A stretch of 64,000 nucleotides of DNA from Candidatus Latescibacterota bacterium (GCA_965243025.1 CBDETY010000003.1:1344001-1408000); one strand, 5' to 3'; positions 30,925 through 41,846 are shown, numbered from the stretch's first letter. A program made the numbers and translations. The notes: generated from the letters alone by a model not told the origin.

Positions 30925-31584
30925 TCATCCTTTCTGCATCGGGACGAAACGAACCGGCATCAGGGTTTTTCGTTCGTATCCCCCGCCTGCATCCCGCCGC
31001 ACCAGAACGAGTTCCTGTCTCTGCGATCCGAGAGGCAGGATCATGCGGCCCTCCGGCCTCAGCTGCTCGAAGAGCCTGGGGGGGATCTCCCTGGGAGCAG
31101 CCGAAGCGATGATGGCATCGAATTCCGACCCTGCGGAATGGGGCCATCCCCGGGCTCCGTCGCCAACGAAAAACGAGATGTTGGAGTAGGTCAGCTGGCC
31201 CAGGTTTTTTCGGGCGCGGTCGGACAACTCCGGGATGAACTCCACCGTGTACACGGATGCCGACAACTCTGCGAGCAGGGCGGTCTGATAACCACAGCCT
31301 GTGCCTATTTCCAGGACTCGTTCCCTGCCCCGCAATTCCAGGACCTGAAGCATGTAGGCGACGACAAAGGGTTGCGAAATAGTCTGATCGAAACCGATTG
31401 GGAGAGGGTGGTCTTCGCAGGAACGGGTGCGGTATTCCGGAGCGACGAACAGATGACGCGGAACCTTCCGGAATGCAGAGAGCACAGCGGGGTCGCATAT
31501 GCCCCTTGCAGCGAGCTGCGACTGCACCATTCGCTCGCGGTCGGCGGTGAAATCGGGACCGTTCGCCTCCGCGTGCCTGCTCAC
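30925..31584 (-). CDS. pcm: Protein-L-isoaspartate O-methyltransferase
   Basis: VPRHLFV, QTISQP, LEIGTGCGYQ, VRFVP; GTG start overlaps the upstream stop. Confidence 0.93.
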   Translation of the reverse strand: MSRHAEANGPDFTADRERMVQSQLAARGICDPAVLSAFRKVPRHLFVAPEYRTRSCEDHPLPIGFDQTISQPFVVAYMLQVLELRGRERVLEIGTGCGYQTALLAELSASVYTVEFIPELSDRARKNLGQLTYSNISFFVGDGARGWPHSAGSEFDAIIASAAPREIPPRLFEQLRPEGRMILPLGSQRQELVLVRRDAGGGYERKTLMPVRFVPMQKG

Positions 31585-32567
31585 CCGATTCCTTCGGAAC
31601 CAGCCACGCATTGCCTTTTCTCCAGTTTATCGAGGACGGTTCGGACCACGACGGCGACCGGAATCGAAGCCATACCCTGGTCTTGGGAGGCGATGACAGC
31701 GGCGTCCGTCCCCAGCGGTCTCCAGATATCGGGATTTGTCGGACCGAACAGGGAGATCGTGGGCGTCCCCACGGCTGCGGCGACGTGCCCCGGTCCGGAA
31801 TCGTTGCCGACGAACAGGTCGACGCGCTCGAGAACTGCTGCCAGGTGCGCCACCGTTTTCGGCCAGATGCTGTAGACGCCAGGGAATGCCGGCTTCCCGA
31901 AATCCCCCTGCGTCCCGGCTTCGACCGGACCGAGGAGAACCACGACCCTGACCCCTGAGAGAAGCAACTCCTTTATCAGCTCTGCAAAATACCGCTTCGG
32001 CCAGCACTTGTGGGTTCCTCCACTTCCGGGATGAATGGCGACCACCGGTCCGCTTTCCGGGCGGCCGAACAATTCCGTCAGGTCCTTGCCCAGGTCCCGC
32101 TCCAGTTGCATGCGCTGTTCGAGGCCCAGGGCGATGCACGGCACCCACTCTCCAACCGGCATCCCCATTTCCCTGAGCGGTTGGCTCAGGTAGCGGGTGA
32201 TGTGCTGTGAAAACCCTTCCGGGGGACGTGGATCCCAAACGACCACTTCTCCCGGGACGAATTGTTGAAGGCGTTTCCGGAGCTCGGCCCCGCGCGAGGA
32301 ATAGGCGAGCAGGAAGCAACTGCCGGCCAGCGTTGCGCGCGTGGGGGGAGGGACATCCGCAGCGGGGTCGAAAAGGGATGCGACTGCAGTCCCACCGGCA
32401 TCAGTGAAGGAATCGGAACGGGCGACACCGGCCATCATTCGGGGAAAGACGAGATGGATCGGCAGGTCGACGAACTCGCGGCGGAGAGCTGTCGCCGCCG
32501 GCATTGTCAGGACGGAATCGCCGAGCGCCCCGGAGCGCATGACCGTCAGGTGGCCTGGTGTGGTCAT
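31581..32567 (-). CDS. Glycosyltransferase family 9 (heptosyltransferase-like)
   Basis: GALGD, HPGSG..K.W, GNDSGPGH, LFGPT. Confidence 0.9.
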   Translation of the reverse strand: MTTPGHLTVMRSGALGDSVLTMPAATALRREFVDLPIHLVFPRMMAGVARSDSFTDAGGTAVASLFDPAADVPPPTRATLAGSCFLLAYSSRGAELRKRLQQFVPGEVVVWDPRPPEGFSQHITRYLSQPLREMGMPVGEWVPCIALGLEQRMQLERDLGKDLTELFGRPESGPVVAIHPGSGGTHKCWPKRYFAELIKELLLSGVRVVVLLGPVEAGTQGDFGKPAFPGVYSIWPKTVAHLAAVLERVDLFVGNDSGPGHVAAAVGTPTISLFGPTNPDIWRPLGTDAAVIASQDQGMASIPVAVVVRTVLDKLEKRQCVAGSEGIG

Positions 32568-32568
32568 C

Positions 32569-32597
32569 TTGCCAAATCGAAAACCGGCCTCTATCTT
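32569..32597 (+). promoter_or_regulatory. sigma70 promoter of stand-alone rplC
   Basis: TTGCCA-17 nt-TATCTT. Confidence 0.6.
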
Positions 32598-32627
32598 CGA
32601 AAGTTCGTTTCCTGCAAGGAACTTAGA

Positions 32628-32661
32628 TGCATCTCGCGGGGTGGCGCGAGGTGCAGTTTTT
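32628..32661 (+). promoter_or_regulatory. Terminator-like hairpin in the rplC leader (possible attenuator)
   Basis: 11-bp stem tgcatctcgcg / cgcgaggtgca (one G-U pair) followed by gTTTTT. Confidence 0.45.
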
Positions 32662-32725
32662 CCAACTTGGAAAGCCGGCTGACCTCGTTGGGCGGGGCGG
32701 AAAACAGCAGGCCATACTCGCGAGC

Positions 32726-33346
32726 ATGGTTGGACTGATCGGAAAAAAACTGGGAATGACCCAGGTCTACAACGACAGGGAGGAGCTCGTTCCCGTCACG
32801 GTCGTTGCGGCCGGTCCCTGCCCCGTTGTAGATGTCCGCACGACCGAACGCAACGGCTACACCGCCGTGCAGCTCGGCTTCGAAGAGATCGACCCGCGCA
32901 AGGTGAACAAACCCGAGACGGGTCATTTGGCAAGGGCCAATCTTTCCCCCCAGCGCATTCTGCGGGAATTCAGGTCTGCGGGTGTCATCGAGGTCGAGGT
33001 CGGACAAGTGCTCGATGTCAGTCAGTTCGAAGTCGGGGACAAGGTGAAGGTCAGCGGCACCACCAAGGGCAAGGGGTTTGCAGGCGTCGTCAAGAGATAT
33101 GGTTTCGCCGGAAAAAACACCTCGCACGGAACCCCTGACAGGGTTCGCCATCCCGGGTCAATCGGTCAGGGAACAACCCCGGGGAAGGTGTGGAAGGGCA
33201 AGAAAATGCCAGGCCACATGGGCGCCCGCGCCGTTACGACTCGGGGGTTAATCGTGGTAGGGATCGATCCCGACCGGAATCTCCTGTTCGTCAAGGGAGC
33301 CGTTCCGGGCGCTGCCGAAGGGTACGTGACGATCCGCAAACAGTGA
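32726..33346 (+). CDS. rplC: 50S ribosomal protein uL3 (stand-alone)
   Basis: GLIGKKLGMTQ, GY.AVQLG, KGKGFAG, PGSIGQ, KGKKMPGHMG, VKGAVPG. An in-frame upstream ATG exists at 32627. Confidence 0.97.
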   Translation: MVGLIGKKLGMTQVYNDREELVPVTVVAAGPCPVVDVRTTERNGYTAVQLGFEEIDPRKVNKPETGHLARANLSPQRILREFRSAGVIEVEVGQVLDVSQFEVGDKVKVSGTTKGKGFAGVVKRYGFAGKNTSHGTPDRVRHPGSIGQGTTPGKVWKGKKMPGHMGARAVTTRGLIVVGIDPDRNLLFVKGAVPGAAEGYVTIRKQ

Positions 33347-33402
33347 AGATCCCCGAAGCGTTCGCGTTTCCGATTCGCAAAACAGCAGAGAAAATGGAGA
33401 GA

Positions 33403-33425
33403 GGCGGCTTCAAAGCCGCTTTTTT

Positions 33426-33427
<2 letters not shown>
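33403..33427 (+). terminator. Intrinsic terminator after rplC
   Basis: gcggct-tcaa-agccgc followed by 8 T. Confidence 0.8.
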
Positions 33428-34864
<1,437 letters not shown>

Positions 34865-34903
34865 CGAGTCTTTAACGGCGTAGGGAGGGGTGACGAACGC
34901 GGC

Positions 34904-34931
34904 AATATACCGGGCCAGCGGTAGTTGTCAA
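34904..34931 (-). promoter_or_regulatory. sigma70 promoter of the Ldh2-hinT unit
   Basis: Minus strand TTGACA-16 nt-TATATT. Confidence 0.55.
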
Positions 34932-34998
34932 AGCGCCAACGGCAGCCATCGAACCATTTTGACCCTGAACCTCGCCAACCCTACATTGCGCGAAGTTC

Positions 34999-35730
34999 AT
35001 GGATCTCTCCATCGTCGTTCCAGCGTACAACGAATCCCGCAAAATTTTCGAAACCCTGCTGGCGATCACCTCCTTTCTCGATGATCGTCCATGGCGGTGT
35101 GAGATCATCGTTGTGGATGACGGCAGCGAGGATGGCACCGCGGGGATCGTCGGTGAAGCCTCGAGCAACGACCAGCGCATCCGCTGCCTTCGCAACGAGA
35201 GCAACCGCGGCAAGGGGTACTCCATCCGCAAAGGAATGTCCCATTCACGCGGAACAGCTGCAGGGTTCATCGACGCCGACAACAAGACTGAAATCAGCGC
35301 TCTCGATCAGGTAATGGAGCAACTCGGCGCCCCGGGGGTCGACGGGGTTCTGGGGGACCGCACGCTGCCCGGCACCGACATCGCCCAACCTCGAAGGGCG
35401 TACCGCCAGTGGGGCTCGGAGCTTTTTCGATACCTGCTTCGGACTTGTGTGGGTCTTTCCGGGTTCCCGGACACGCAGTGTGGCTTCAAGTTCTTCACAC
35501 AGCCGGTCGCCAGGGATCTTTTCCAGCGCCAATCCGTGGACGGCTACATGTTCGACGTCGAGGTCCTGCTGCTCGCCGTTCGGTCCGGATACAACCTCGT
35601 GCGGATTCCCGTAGTATGGCGGGACGATCCCGACAGCCGCTTCAATCCGGTTGTGGGAATGCTGAAAAACATCGGTGAGCTGCACCGAATCCGACGGCGC
35701 ACCGGTCGTCCAGGTAAGGGGGATGCCTGA
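34999..35730 (+). CDS. GT2 polyprenyl-phosphate glycosyltransferase (dolichyl-P glucosyltransferase-like)
   Basis: VVPAYNE, VDDGSEDGT, NRGKG, DAD, DTQCGFK. Confidence 0.9.
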   Translation: MDLSIVVPAYNESRKIFETLLAITSFLDDRPWRCEIIVVDDGSEDGTAGIVGEASSNDQRIRCLRNESNRGKGYSIRKGMSHSRGTAAGFIDADNKTEISALDQVMEQLGAPGVDGVLGDRTLPGTDIAQPRRAYRQWGSELFRYLLRTCVGLSGFPDTQCGFKFFTQPVARDLFQRQSVDGYMFDVEVLLLAVRSGYNLVRIPVVWRDDPDSRFNPVVGMLKNIGELHRIRRRTGRPGKGDA

Positions 35731-36511
35731 AATCCTGTTTCTCGTCGCACTGGGGGCGCTTGTCGGTACCGTGGGAAGTCTCGTCGGCGCCGGGGGTGGG
35801 GTCATCCTGGTTCCCGTACTCGTCCTGCTCTACAAGGGGGAGGTGGCCAGCGAGATTACTTCGCTGTCCCTTGTGGTGATCTTCTTCACCGCCTTTTCCG
35901 GCTCGGTTACCTACGGTTGGATGCGCCGCATCGACTACGTTGCCGGGATTGCCTTCGCGCTGGCGGGAATCCCCACCGCGATGGCGGGTGCTTACCTTTC
36001 GCAGCATGTGCCCAGGCTCTACTTCGATCCGCTTATGGCGGGGATTCTCATCCTCTTCGGTAGCTACACCTTCATCAACCCGCGCTCGCGGAACAGGAAA
36101 GCAGAGGGGGAAGGAGATGTCGAGGCGAACACCAGGCGGCAATTGCGGCTGGGGTGCATTCTCAGCGCCTACATAGGTACCATTTCCGGCATCCTGGGAA
36201 TCGGTGGGGGGATTATCCGCGTCCCGGTCATGGTCAAAGTCCTTCGGTTCACCCCGCACGTCGCTACCGCAACGTCCCTGTTCGCTCTCACCATCGTCTC
36301 CTTTGCCGCCACCATGGTTCACGCCGCAGAAGGGCGCTTCGAGGGGGAAAGCGACAAGGCGTTGTTTCTGGCGATTGGCGTGATGGTCGGAGCCCAGGTT
36401 GGCGCCAGACTTTCCACCTGGGTCCGGGGCACCCTGCTGCTGCGGCTGCTGTCGGCGATTCTTGTCTGTGTAGGCGCCCAGCTATTCTACACTTCGGCAC
36501 ATCGCTGGTAA
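35723..36511 (+). CDS. TauE/SafE (TSUP) family membrane transporter
   Basis: Duplicated GAGGG / GIGGG motifs, ATATS, about 8 transmembrane segments. Confidence 0.88.
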   Translation: MPEILFLVALGALVGTVGSLVGAGGGVILVPVLVLLYKGEVASEITSLSLVVIFFTAFSGSVTYGWMRRIDYVAGIAFALAGIPTAMAGAYLSQHVPRLYFDPLMAGILILFGSYTFINPRSRNRKAEGEGDVEANTRRQLRLGCILSAYIGTISGILGIGGGIIRVPVMVKVLRFTPHVATATSLFALTIVSFAATMVHAAEGRFEGESDKALFLAIGVMVGAQVGARLSTWVRGTLLLRLLSAILVCVGAQLFYTSAHRW

Positions 36512-36545
36512 CTGCCGGCCGGGGAACGTAACGAGGAGAGAGCAA

Positions 36546-37352
36546 ATGCCTTTCAACATGGGTTACAGCACGCTGCGCTGGCAGTTTCCGGATCTCGGGC
36601 CTTCACTGGTCGCCCTGAGGGAAGCCGGGTGGGACAGCTGGGAAGGGCGCTTCCCCCTCGACTGGCTCGGCCCCCCCAGCCGCCTCAAACAGGTGTGCAC
36701 TGACGCCGGCATGCCGATGACGGTCTTTACCGCCCTCGGGTCGCCGGACGACAGGGATTTCAGGCACGTAGAGGGGAATCGCCGGCGCATGGAATTCGCT
36801 GCCGAGATGGGGGTCGAATGCTTCATGTTCATGAGCGGTGGGAAACCCGAGGGAAGGGAAGCCGGCGAGGACGAGATCCGCCGTGCTGCAGAAGGGGCCG
36901 AGGAGTGGGCGGATTACGCCTCCACAATGGACCTGGAGTTAAGCTATCACATTCACACCAACACGCTGGTCGACTCGATCGCCCAGTGGCAGTTGTACAT
37001 GAGCTGCCTGAAAAAAGCCAGGCTTTGTATCGATGTCTCCCACGCCCAGCTCTGGGGATACGACCCGGTCGCCTCCGTCCGGGATTTCTGGACCCAGCTC
37101 AACTACGTCCATCTTCAGGACTACAGCTCCTGCACGCGCGCTGAAGACGGACGTTATAATCCGGTCTGGTGCGACGTCGGCGTCGCGGAGAACGTCGACT
37201 TCCCGGCGGTGCTCAAGGCCCTGGATGACCTGGGGTACGATGGGGTGATCACCAGTTGCCCGGGTGAGCCGGTGGCCGGAGCGGACGATCCGATAAGCGA
37301 GGCCCGGCGCAGCGCCGGCACTCGTGCTTACTTGCGGGGATTGGGCTATTGA
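36546..37352 (+). CDS. Sugar-phosphate isomerase/epimerase (IolE/xylose-isomerase-like TIM barrel)
   Basis: YHIH, DVSH, YVHLQD, VDFPAVL..L...GYDG. Confidence 0.8.
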   Translation: MPFNMGYSTLRWQFPDLGPSLVALREAGWDSWEGRFPLDWLGPPSRLKQVCTDAGMPMTVFTALGSPDDRDFRHVEGNRRRMEFAAEMGVECFMFMSGGKPEGREAGEDEIRRAAEGAEEWADYASTMDLELSYHIHTNTLVDSIAQWQLYMSCLKKARLCIDVSHAQLWGYDPVASVRDFWTQLNYVHLQDYSSCTRAEDGRYNPVWCDVGVAENVDFPAVLKALDDLGYDGVITSCPGEPVAGADDPISEARRSAGTRAYLRGLGY

Positions 37353-37360
37353 CGCCCGGT

Positions 37361-38317
37361 TCAGAATCCCAGCCGTTTGTCGACTACGTTCAGAACCGGC
37401 TCCCCTTTGAGGTAGCGTTCGAGCTGTTCCGAGAAGAACTCGTAGACCTTGCGGGGGCGGTGCTGAGAGGCGCCGGCCCGATGCGGAGTGAGAACCAGGT
37501 TGGGAGCGTTCCAGAGTGGATCGTCGGCGGGCAGGGGTTCGACTTCGGTGACGTCGAGTCCCGCGCCGGCGATGGAACCGGATTCAAGGGCTTCCAGTAA
37601 AGCCCCCTCGTCGATAATCCCGCCGCGGCTGGTGCATACCAGATAGGCGGTTTCCTTCATGCACGCCAATGCCTCGCGGCCGATCATGTGATAGGTCTCC
37701 TTCGTTCTCGGGCAGGCGACCACTACCGCATCGGAACGGGAGAGCATGGAATGCAGGTTGTCTTCGGTAGGGGGGGCGACCTCGGCGACTCCATCCGGGG
37801 CCTCAGTGCGAACCGGGTCCAGCGCAAGCACCGTCATGTCGTATCCGGCGGCCCGTTTAACGGTTTCCAGGCCGAAACCGCCCAGACCGACTATTCCGAG
37901 CACTCCGCCTGTCAGCTCCACGGCGGCTCCTCCCTTCCATTCCCGGCGTATCTGGCTCTGCACGGCGGGAAGGATTCCGCGCGCCAGGGCCAGGAGCAGG
38001 GCCCAGGCATGTTCACCTCCCTGCGGGGCGTAAAGCCCCGCCATGTTGGTTATGGCGACTTCGTCCCGCTCCACGATTTCCGGATACAGGAGCTTGTCCA
38101 TACCGGCGCTGAACGACTGGATCCACCTGAGGCGTTTGCCGGCGCTGGTAACGCCGGCGGGGAATTGACCCATGAGGACCTCGGCGTCAGCAATGTCGGC
38201 CAAAGCCTCCTCGTCGGTACTGACGTGCACCAGTTGATGGTCTCCAAGGCGCGAGACCATCTCCTTCATTTCATCCAGCTCTTCCTCGGTAAACCCGTAG
38301 TAAACGATGACCTTCAC
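37361..38317 (-). CDS. D-2-hydroxyacid dehydrogenase
   Basis: SAGMD, GLGGFG, SRGGIIDE, DVTEVEP, TPHRAG. Confidence 0.9.
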   Translation of the reverse strand: MKVIVYYGFTEEELDEMKEMVSRLGDHQLVHVSTDEEALADIADAEVLMGQFPAGVTSAGKRLRWIQSFSAGMDKLLYPEIVERDEVAITNMAGLYAPQGGEHAWALLLALARGILPAVQSQIRREWKGGAAVELTGGVLGIVGLGGFGLETVKRAAGYDMTVLALDPVRTEAPDGVAEVAPPTEDNLHSMLSRSDAVVVACPRTKETYHMIGREALACMKETAYLVCTSRGGIIDEGALLEALESGSIAGAGLDVTEVEPLPADDPLWNAPNLVLTPHRAGASQHRPRKVYEFFSEQLERYLKGEPVLNVVDKRLGF

Positions 38318-38334
38318 TTTCCCTTTCTCCGTGA

Positions 38335-39336
38335 TCAGATTGTCGTAGTTCCCGCCAGAATGGATTCAATCTCATTGCCCAGGGTCCGCTCCAGGCGCGG
38401 TCCCAGCCCCGAAACCACCTCGGCGGCGGCAAAACATCCGAGGCGTGCGGCGTCGGCGATACCGTAGCCCCGGCAGATACCGAAAAGGAAGCCGCCTGCA
38501 AAACTGTCCCCGGCTCCGGTTGTATCGACGGCTTGCACGGGTACGGCGTCGACCTGTTCCTGGGTTGTGCCGGCGGCGACCAGGGCACCGCCTGCCCCCC
38601 GCGTAACCGCAGCGATCGGAACGCGGTGCGCCAGCTCTGAAACTGCCTGGTGGAGTTCCCCCGACCCGGTAAAGACCATAGCCTCTTCTTCGTTGCAGAA
38701 CAGGAGGTCGACACCGCTGTCGACCAGTTGGCGGAAGCGCTCGCCGAATGCCTGTACGATCGCCGGATCGGATAGCGTCATCGACACTCCGACCCCCTCG
38801 CTACGGGCCCATCGCCGGGCGAGATCGCAGGCCTCCATTCCCGATTCCGAGGTCAGCAGGTATCCCTCCAGATAAACATAGCGGCTGCGGCGGATTGCCT
38901 GCCGCTCAACCTGGCGGGGTCCCATTCCGGCGCTCGCCCCGAGGAACGTATTCATGGTCCGGTCAGCGTCCGGAGTAACAAAGACCATGCACTGGCCAGT
39001 TTTCCCGCTGCCCCGGGACGCGGCTCCGCTGTCCACCCCTGCCTCGCTCAAGTCGCGGCAGTAAAAGTCTCCCCACCGGTCGTCACCGACTCGAAAGGCG
39101 TAGTGGGCGTGCCCGCCGCAGCGGGCAAGGGCAATCATCGTGTTGGCCGCCGATCCGCCGGAGGCGGAATTGGCAGGAGACACAGCCAGTGCCGCCTGCA
39201 GTTCAACCTGGCGGTCTTCATCCACGAGGGTCATCAACCCCTTGGCAATACCGTGGTCCTCGAGGAAGGCGGGATCGACGGAGTATTGCAGGTCGACGAG
39301 GGCGTGACCGATTCCATATACGTCGTTGACGTCCAT
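38335..39336 (-). CDS. PfkB-family adenosine/carbohydrate kinase
   Basis: GGSAANT, RTMNTFLGA, YLEGY, DTTGAGDSFAGG. Confidence 0.9.
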   Translation of the reverse strand: MDVNDVYGIGHALVDLQYSVDPAFLEDHGIAKGLMTLVDEDRQVELQAALAVSPANSASGGSAANTMIALARCGGHAHYAFRVGDDRWGDFYCRDLSEAGVDSGAASRGSGKTGQCMVFVTPDADRTMNTFLGASAGMGPRQVERQAIRRSRYVYLEGYLLTSESGMEACDLARRWARSEGVGVSMTLSDPAIVQAFGERFRQLVDSGVDLLFCNEEEAMVFTGSGELHQAVSELAHRVPIAAVTRGAGGALVAAGTTQEQVDAVPVQAVDTTGAGDSFAGGFLFGICRGYGIADAARLGCFAAAEVVSGLGPRLERTLGNEIESILAGTTTI

Positions 39337-39562
39337 TACCGATTTCGCAGGCAGCAGTTCGCGGGTTTTTTGAGAATCCTGACATACGAGAATTAAGAAC
39401 CGCGAACAGCGGGCCCGACACAATGCCGTTGCTGTTGGAAAGCGGCTGCGGTTGCCTTTTCACCGGGAGAACCGGCGGTTATATTTCCCCCGTACATTCG
39501 CACTTGGATGCGAGCGGTCATGAATTCCCGAACGTCAAAACCCAAACCCCAGGAGGTACCTT

Positions 39563-40084
39563 ATCGCCAAACAGCAACTGTCATTTACGAGGATCAACGA
39601 CGCCATTCGCGTCCCGGAGATTCGACTGATCAATGCCGACGGGACTCAGGTTGGCATCGTAGGAACATCACAGGCGATGGCGATGGCCGAGGAAGCAGAT
39701 CTGGATCTCGTGGAGGTCGCGCCGGAAGCCAGACCCCCGGTTTGCCGTATCATGGACTACGGCAAATACCGCTTCGACAAAGAGAAGAAAGCCAAGGAGG
39801 CGCGCAAAAAGGGGCAGGCCGTGCAGATGAAGACGGTGCGAATCAAAAGCGCCAACATCAGCGAGCACGACATGGAGTACCGCCTCGGACACATTCGCGA
39901 GTTTATCGGTCAGGGAAATCTGGTGAAAATCAGCATGCGCTTCATGGGCCGTCAGGTGGCTTACCGCGACCGCGGCAGGCAGGTCATGCAGGAAGTCGCA
40001 GAAAAGCTCCTCGACGTCGCCATCGTACACCAACATCCTCAAATGGAAGGCCGCGAGATGTCCATGATCTTGCGGCCTTTGTGA
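39563..40084 (+). CDS. infC: Translation initiation factor IF-3 (non-AUG ATC start)
   Basis: RINDAIRVPEIRLI...DLVEVAP...PPVCRIMDYGKY. AGGAGGT RBS precedes an in-frame ATC; no ATG lies upstream of the conserved N-terminus. Confidence 0.93.
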   Translation: MAKQQLSFTRINDAIRVPEIRLINADGTQVGIVGTSQAMAMAEEADLDLVEVAPEARPPVCRIMDYGKYRFDKEKKAKEARKKGQAVQMKTVRIKSANISEHDMEYRLGHIREFIGQGNLVKISMRFMGRQVAYRDRGRQVMQEVAEKLLDVAIVHQHPQMEGREMSMILRPL

Positions 40085-40178
40085 CGTCGCGCTCGACTTC
40101 GCTTGCGACGATAATCCCCTGGTAAAACCTGTGTAAAAACCTCAGTCCGGTGAACCTTCCCCCGTTGTCCGGGGCGAC

Positions 40179-40372
40179 TGGGGAGGATACAGGAACGGCT
40201 TCCGTCCCCAATTCGAGGACAGGAGGGAGGGTTCCCGTGCGGTAACCCCTCCCAAGCTTCCGGTTTCATTTTCCGATAACCGATGTGCGAAGCTCGCTTG
40301 GGCCACTGCACGCATGGGAGCGGCGATTGGATTAAAGGGGGTTTCCGTCACCCTCGTACTGCTCATCCCCAC
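40179..40372 (-). ncRNA. ssrS: Probable 6S RNA
   Basis: 194-nt rod by manual folding: closing stem, central bubble with 3' mini-hairpin (GUCCUCGAAUUGGGGAC), and terminal stem with CCCAAGC/GCUUGGG and a GAGC..CGG..CCGGAAGC motif. Same strand as, and downstream of, zapA. Confidence 0.6.
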
Positions 40373-40501
40373 CAAAAAACAGTTAGAGATCCTGATGCCG
40401 GGGGGTTCCCGGCGAGCCCGTCTCGAGCGCAGGATTGTTCCGCAATACACACCTTCTGATCGCGGGTTGTATGCCCGCTGTCAGAAAAATTCCCGCCTTC
40501 C

Positions 40502-41311
40502 TCAGGCCGACGCGAACAGGGTGTGCTCCTCGCATCCGCCCATACCTGAGACGACTGGAAAGGAGCGTTCAGCCGGTCCAGTTTTTCCGCGATAGCGGAC
40601 ATGCGGCGAAAAATAGGCGTATAGTGCCGTATTGCGAGGGTCTGGGGATCTGTTCGGCCCGGAACCATGCACGAGCAGGCTGTGAAAGAAAAGGGCAGAC
40701 CCTGCCCCTAAAGGAACGTCGATCTGGGTGCTGAGGTCGATGTCATCGCGCTCGGTGAGGGATTCGTCCTGCTTGAGGACTATTCTTCCCCAATTCTGCA
40801 AACCCCATTCGTGGCTGCGCGGGATTACCTTGAAACAGCCGTTACCAGTCGTGGCCTCGGTCAACGCAATGCTCACGGTAACGAGAGAAGGGGGATCGAT
40901 GGGCCAATATGCCGAATCCTGATGAAGTGCATGCGGTGAACCGTGGAATGCAGGCTTGAGCATGAGGGTGCTGCGGAATAGCAAGAGATCGTGTGAATTC
41001 AGCAGTGCTTGGGCGGTTTCGACAACCCTCGGGTGACGGGCGAGGCGTTTGAAAAGGTCCGAGTGGCTCCCCGTGTCTTCGATTTTGCGAAGCACTGGGA
41101 CCTCCGAGGCGGGGTTGGCTGCGCTCCGACCATGAGGTTCCGGTTGAAAACTGCTCTCCGCCAATTCACCCCGCGCGCGAAGTTCCGCAGCCACCTGATG
41201 CAGCCTGTCTACCTCCGCACAACAGTCCTCGACTTCGGAAGGCGAAAGAAGATCGGAGATGACCAGGTACCCCTCCTTCGAGAAAAAATCGACCTGTTCG
41301 GCGGTGACCAT
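40502..41311 (-). CDS. Phytanoyl-CoA dioxygenase-family Fe(II)/2-oxoglutarate oxygenase
   Basis: HQD..YW, NGC..VIP.SH, HGSGPN.S...R. Confidence 0.9.
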   Translation of the reverse strand: MVTAEQVDFFSKEGYLVISDLLSPSEVEDCCAEVDRLHQVAAELRARGELAESSFQPEPHGRSAANPASEVPVLRKIEDTGSHSDLFKRLARHPRVVETAQALLNSHDLLLFRSTLMLKPAFHGSPHALHQDSAYWPIDPPSLVTVSIALTEATTGNGCFKVIPRSHEWGLQNWGRIVLKQDESLTERDDIDLSTQIDVPLGAGSALFFHSLLVHGSGPNRSPDPRNTALYAYFSPHVRYRGKTGPAERSFPVVSGMGGCEEHTLFASA

Positions 41312-41411
41312 GGTCCGAATCTCCGAACCAGAGCGAATGATTGAAGTTCCCGGTGTGGAGAAATCGGTGGGGGTACCGCGCTCGGTGTCGGAAGGGTCTG
41401 GAAATCAAGCC

Positions 41412-41795
41412 TTAAAAGCGTGGTTTCCATTCACCGGAGAGGTTTTCCCTGGTGATGGGGCGGGATCCGGCGTTGGGTTCATCCGGCTCGACCAATTCCT
41501 GCGTCGATCCCCCATGGCTCTCCAGACGCTCGGTGAATGAGCTGAGGCGTTCATCAGCCTGATTGAGCATGAGCTCGGTTTTTCCCCGCTCCTCAAGCAC
41601 CTCTTCGGCGATCTCCATGGCCGCCAGGATCGCTATCTCAAAGGGGGATCTTTTTCCTGCTTCCTCGGCAGCCAGGCGCATTTTCTCGTCGAGATAAGCG
41701 GCGGCTTTCTCGATGTATTCGGGCTCTCTGGAATCGCTGCCGAGACGGTACTCGTAGTCGAAAATCTGGACTAAGACACCGTCCTTTTTTGACAT
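41412..41795 (-). CDS. zapA: Cell division protein ZapA
   Basis: V.IFDYEY.L...EYIEKAAAYLDEKMR...IAILAAMEIAEE, followed by a coiled coil. Confidence 0.85.
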   Translation of the reverse strand: MSKKDGVLVQIFDYEYRLGSDSREPEYIEKAAAYLDEKMRLAAEEAGKRSPFEIAILAAMEIAEEVLEERGKTELMLNQADERLSSFTERLESHGGSTQELVEPDEPNAGSRPITRENLSGEWKPRF

Positions 41796-41846
41796 GGTGT
41801 TTCGACCGCAGTTGACGGATTGAAGGGTGACAACAGATGGGATTAC

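Noticed and set aside
32701-33388. 10-bp direct repeat AAAACAGCAG flanking rplC as a target-site duplication
   Set aside because: No transposase or terminal inverted repeats are present, and a single 10-mer match is too weak to support mobility.
40296-40325. GCCACTG...GGGAG resembling a cobalamin riboswitch
   Set aside because: The other B12-element core motifs are absent and no same-strand gene follows.
40355-40374. tmRNA/tRNA-like 3' end CATCCCCACCA on the plus strand
   Set aside because: There is no T-arm (GGTTCRA) before it and no matching 5' acceptor strand or tag reading frame. It is better explained as the 6S closing stem.
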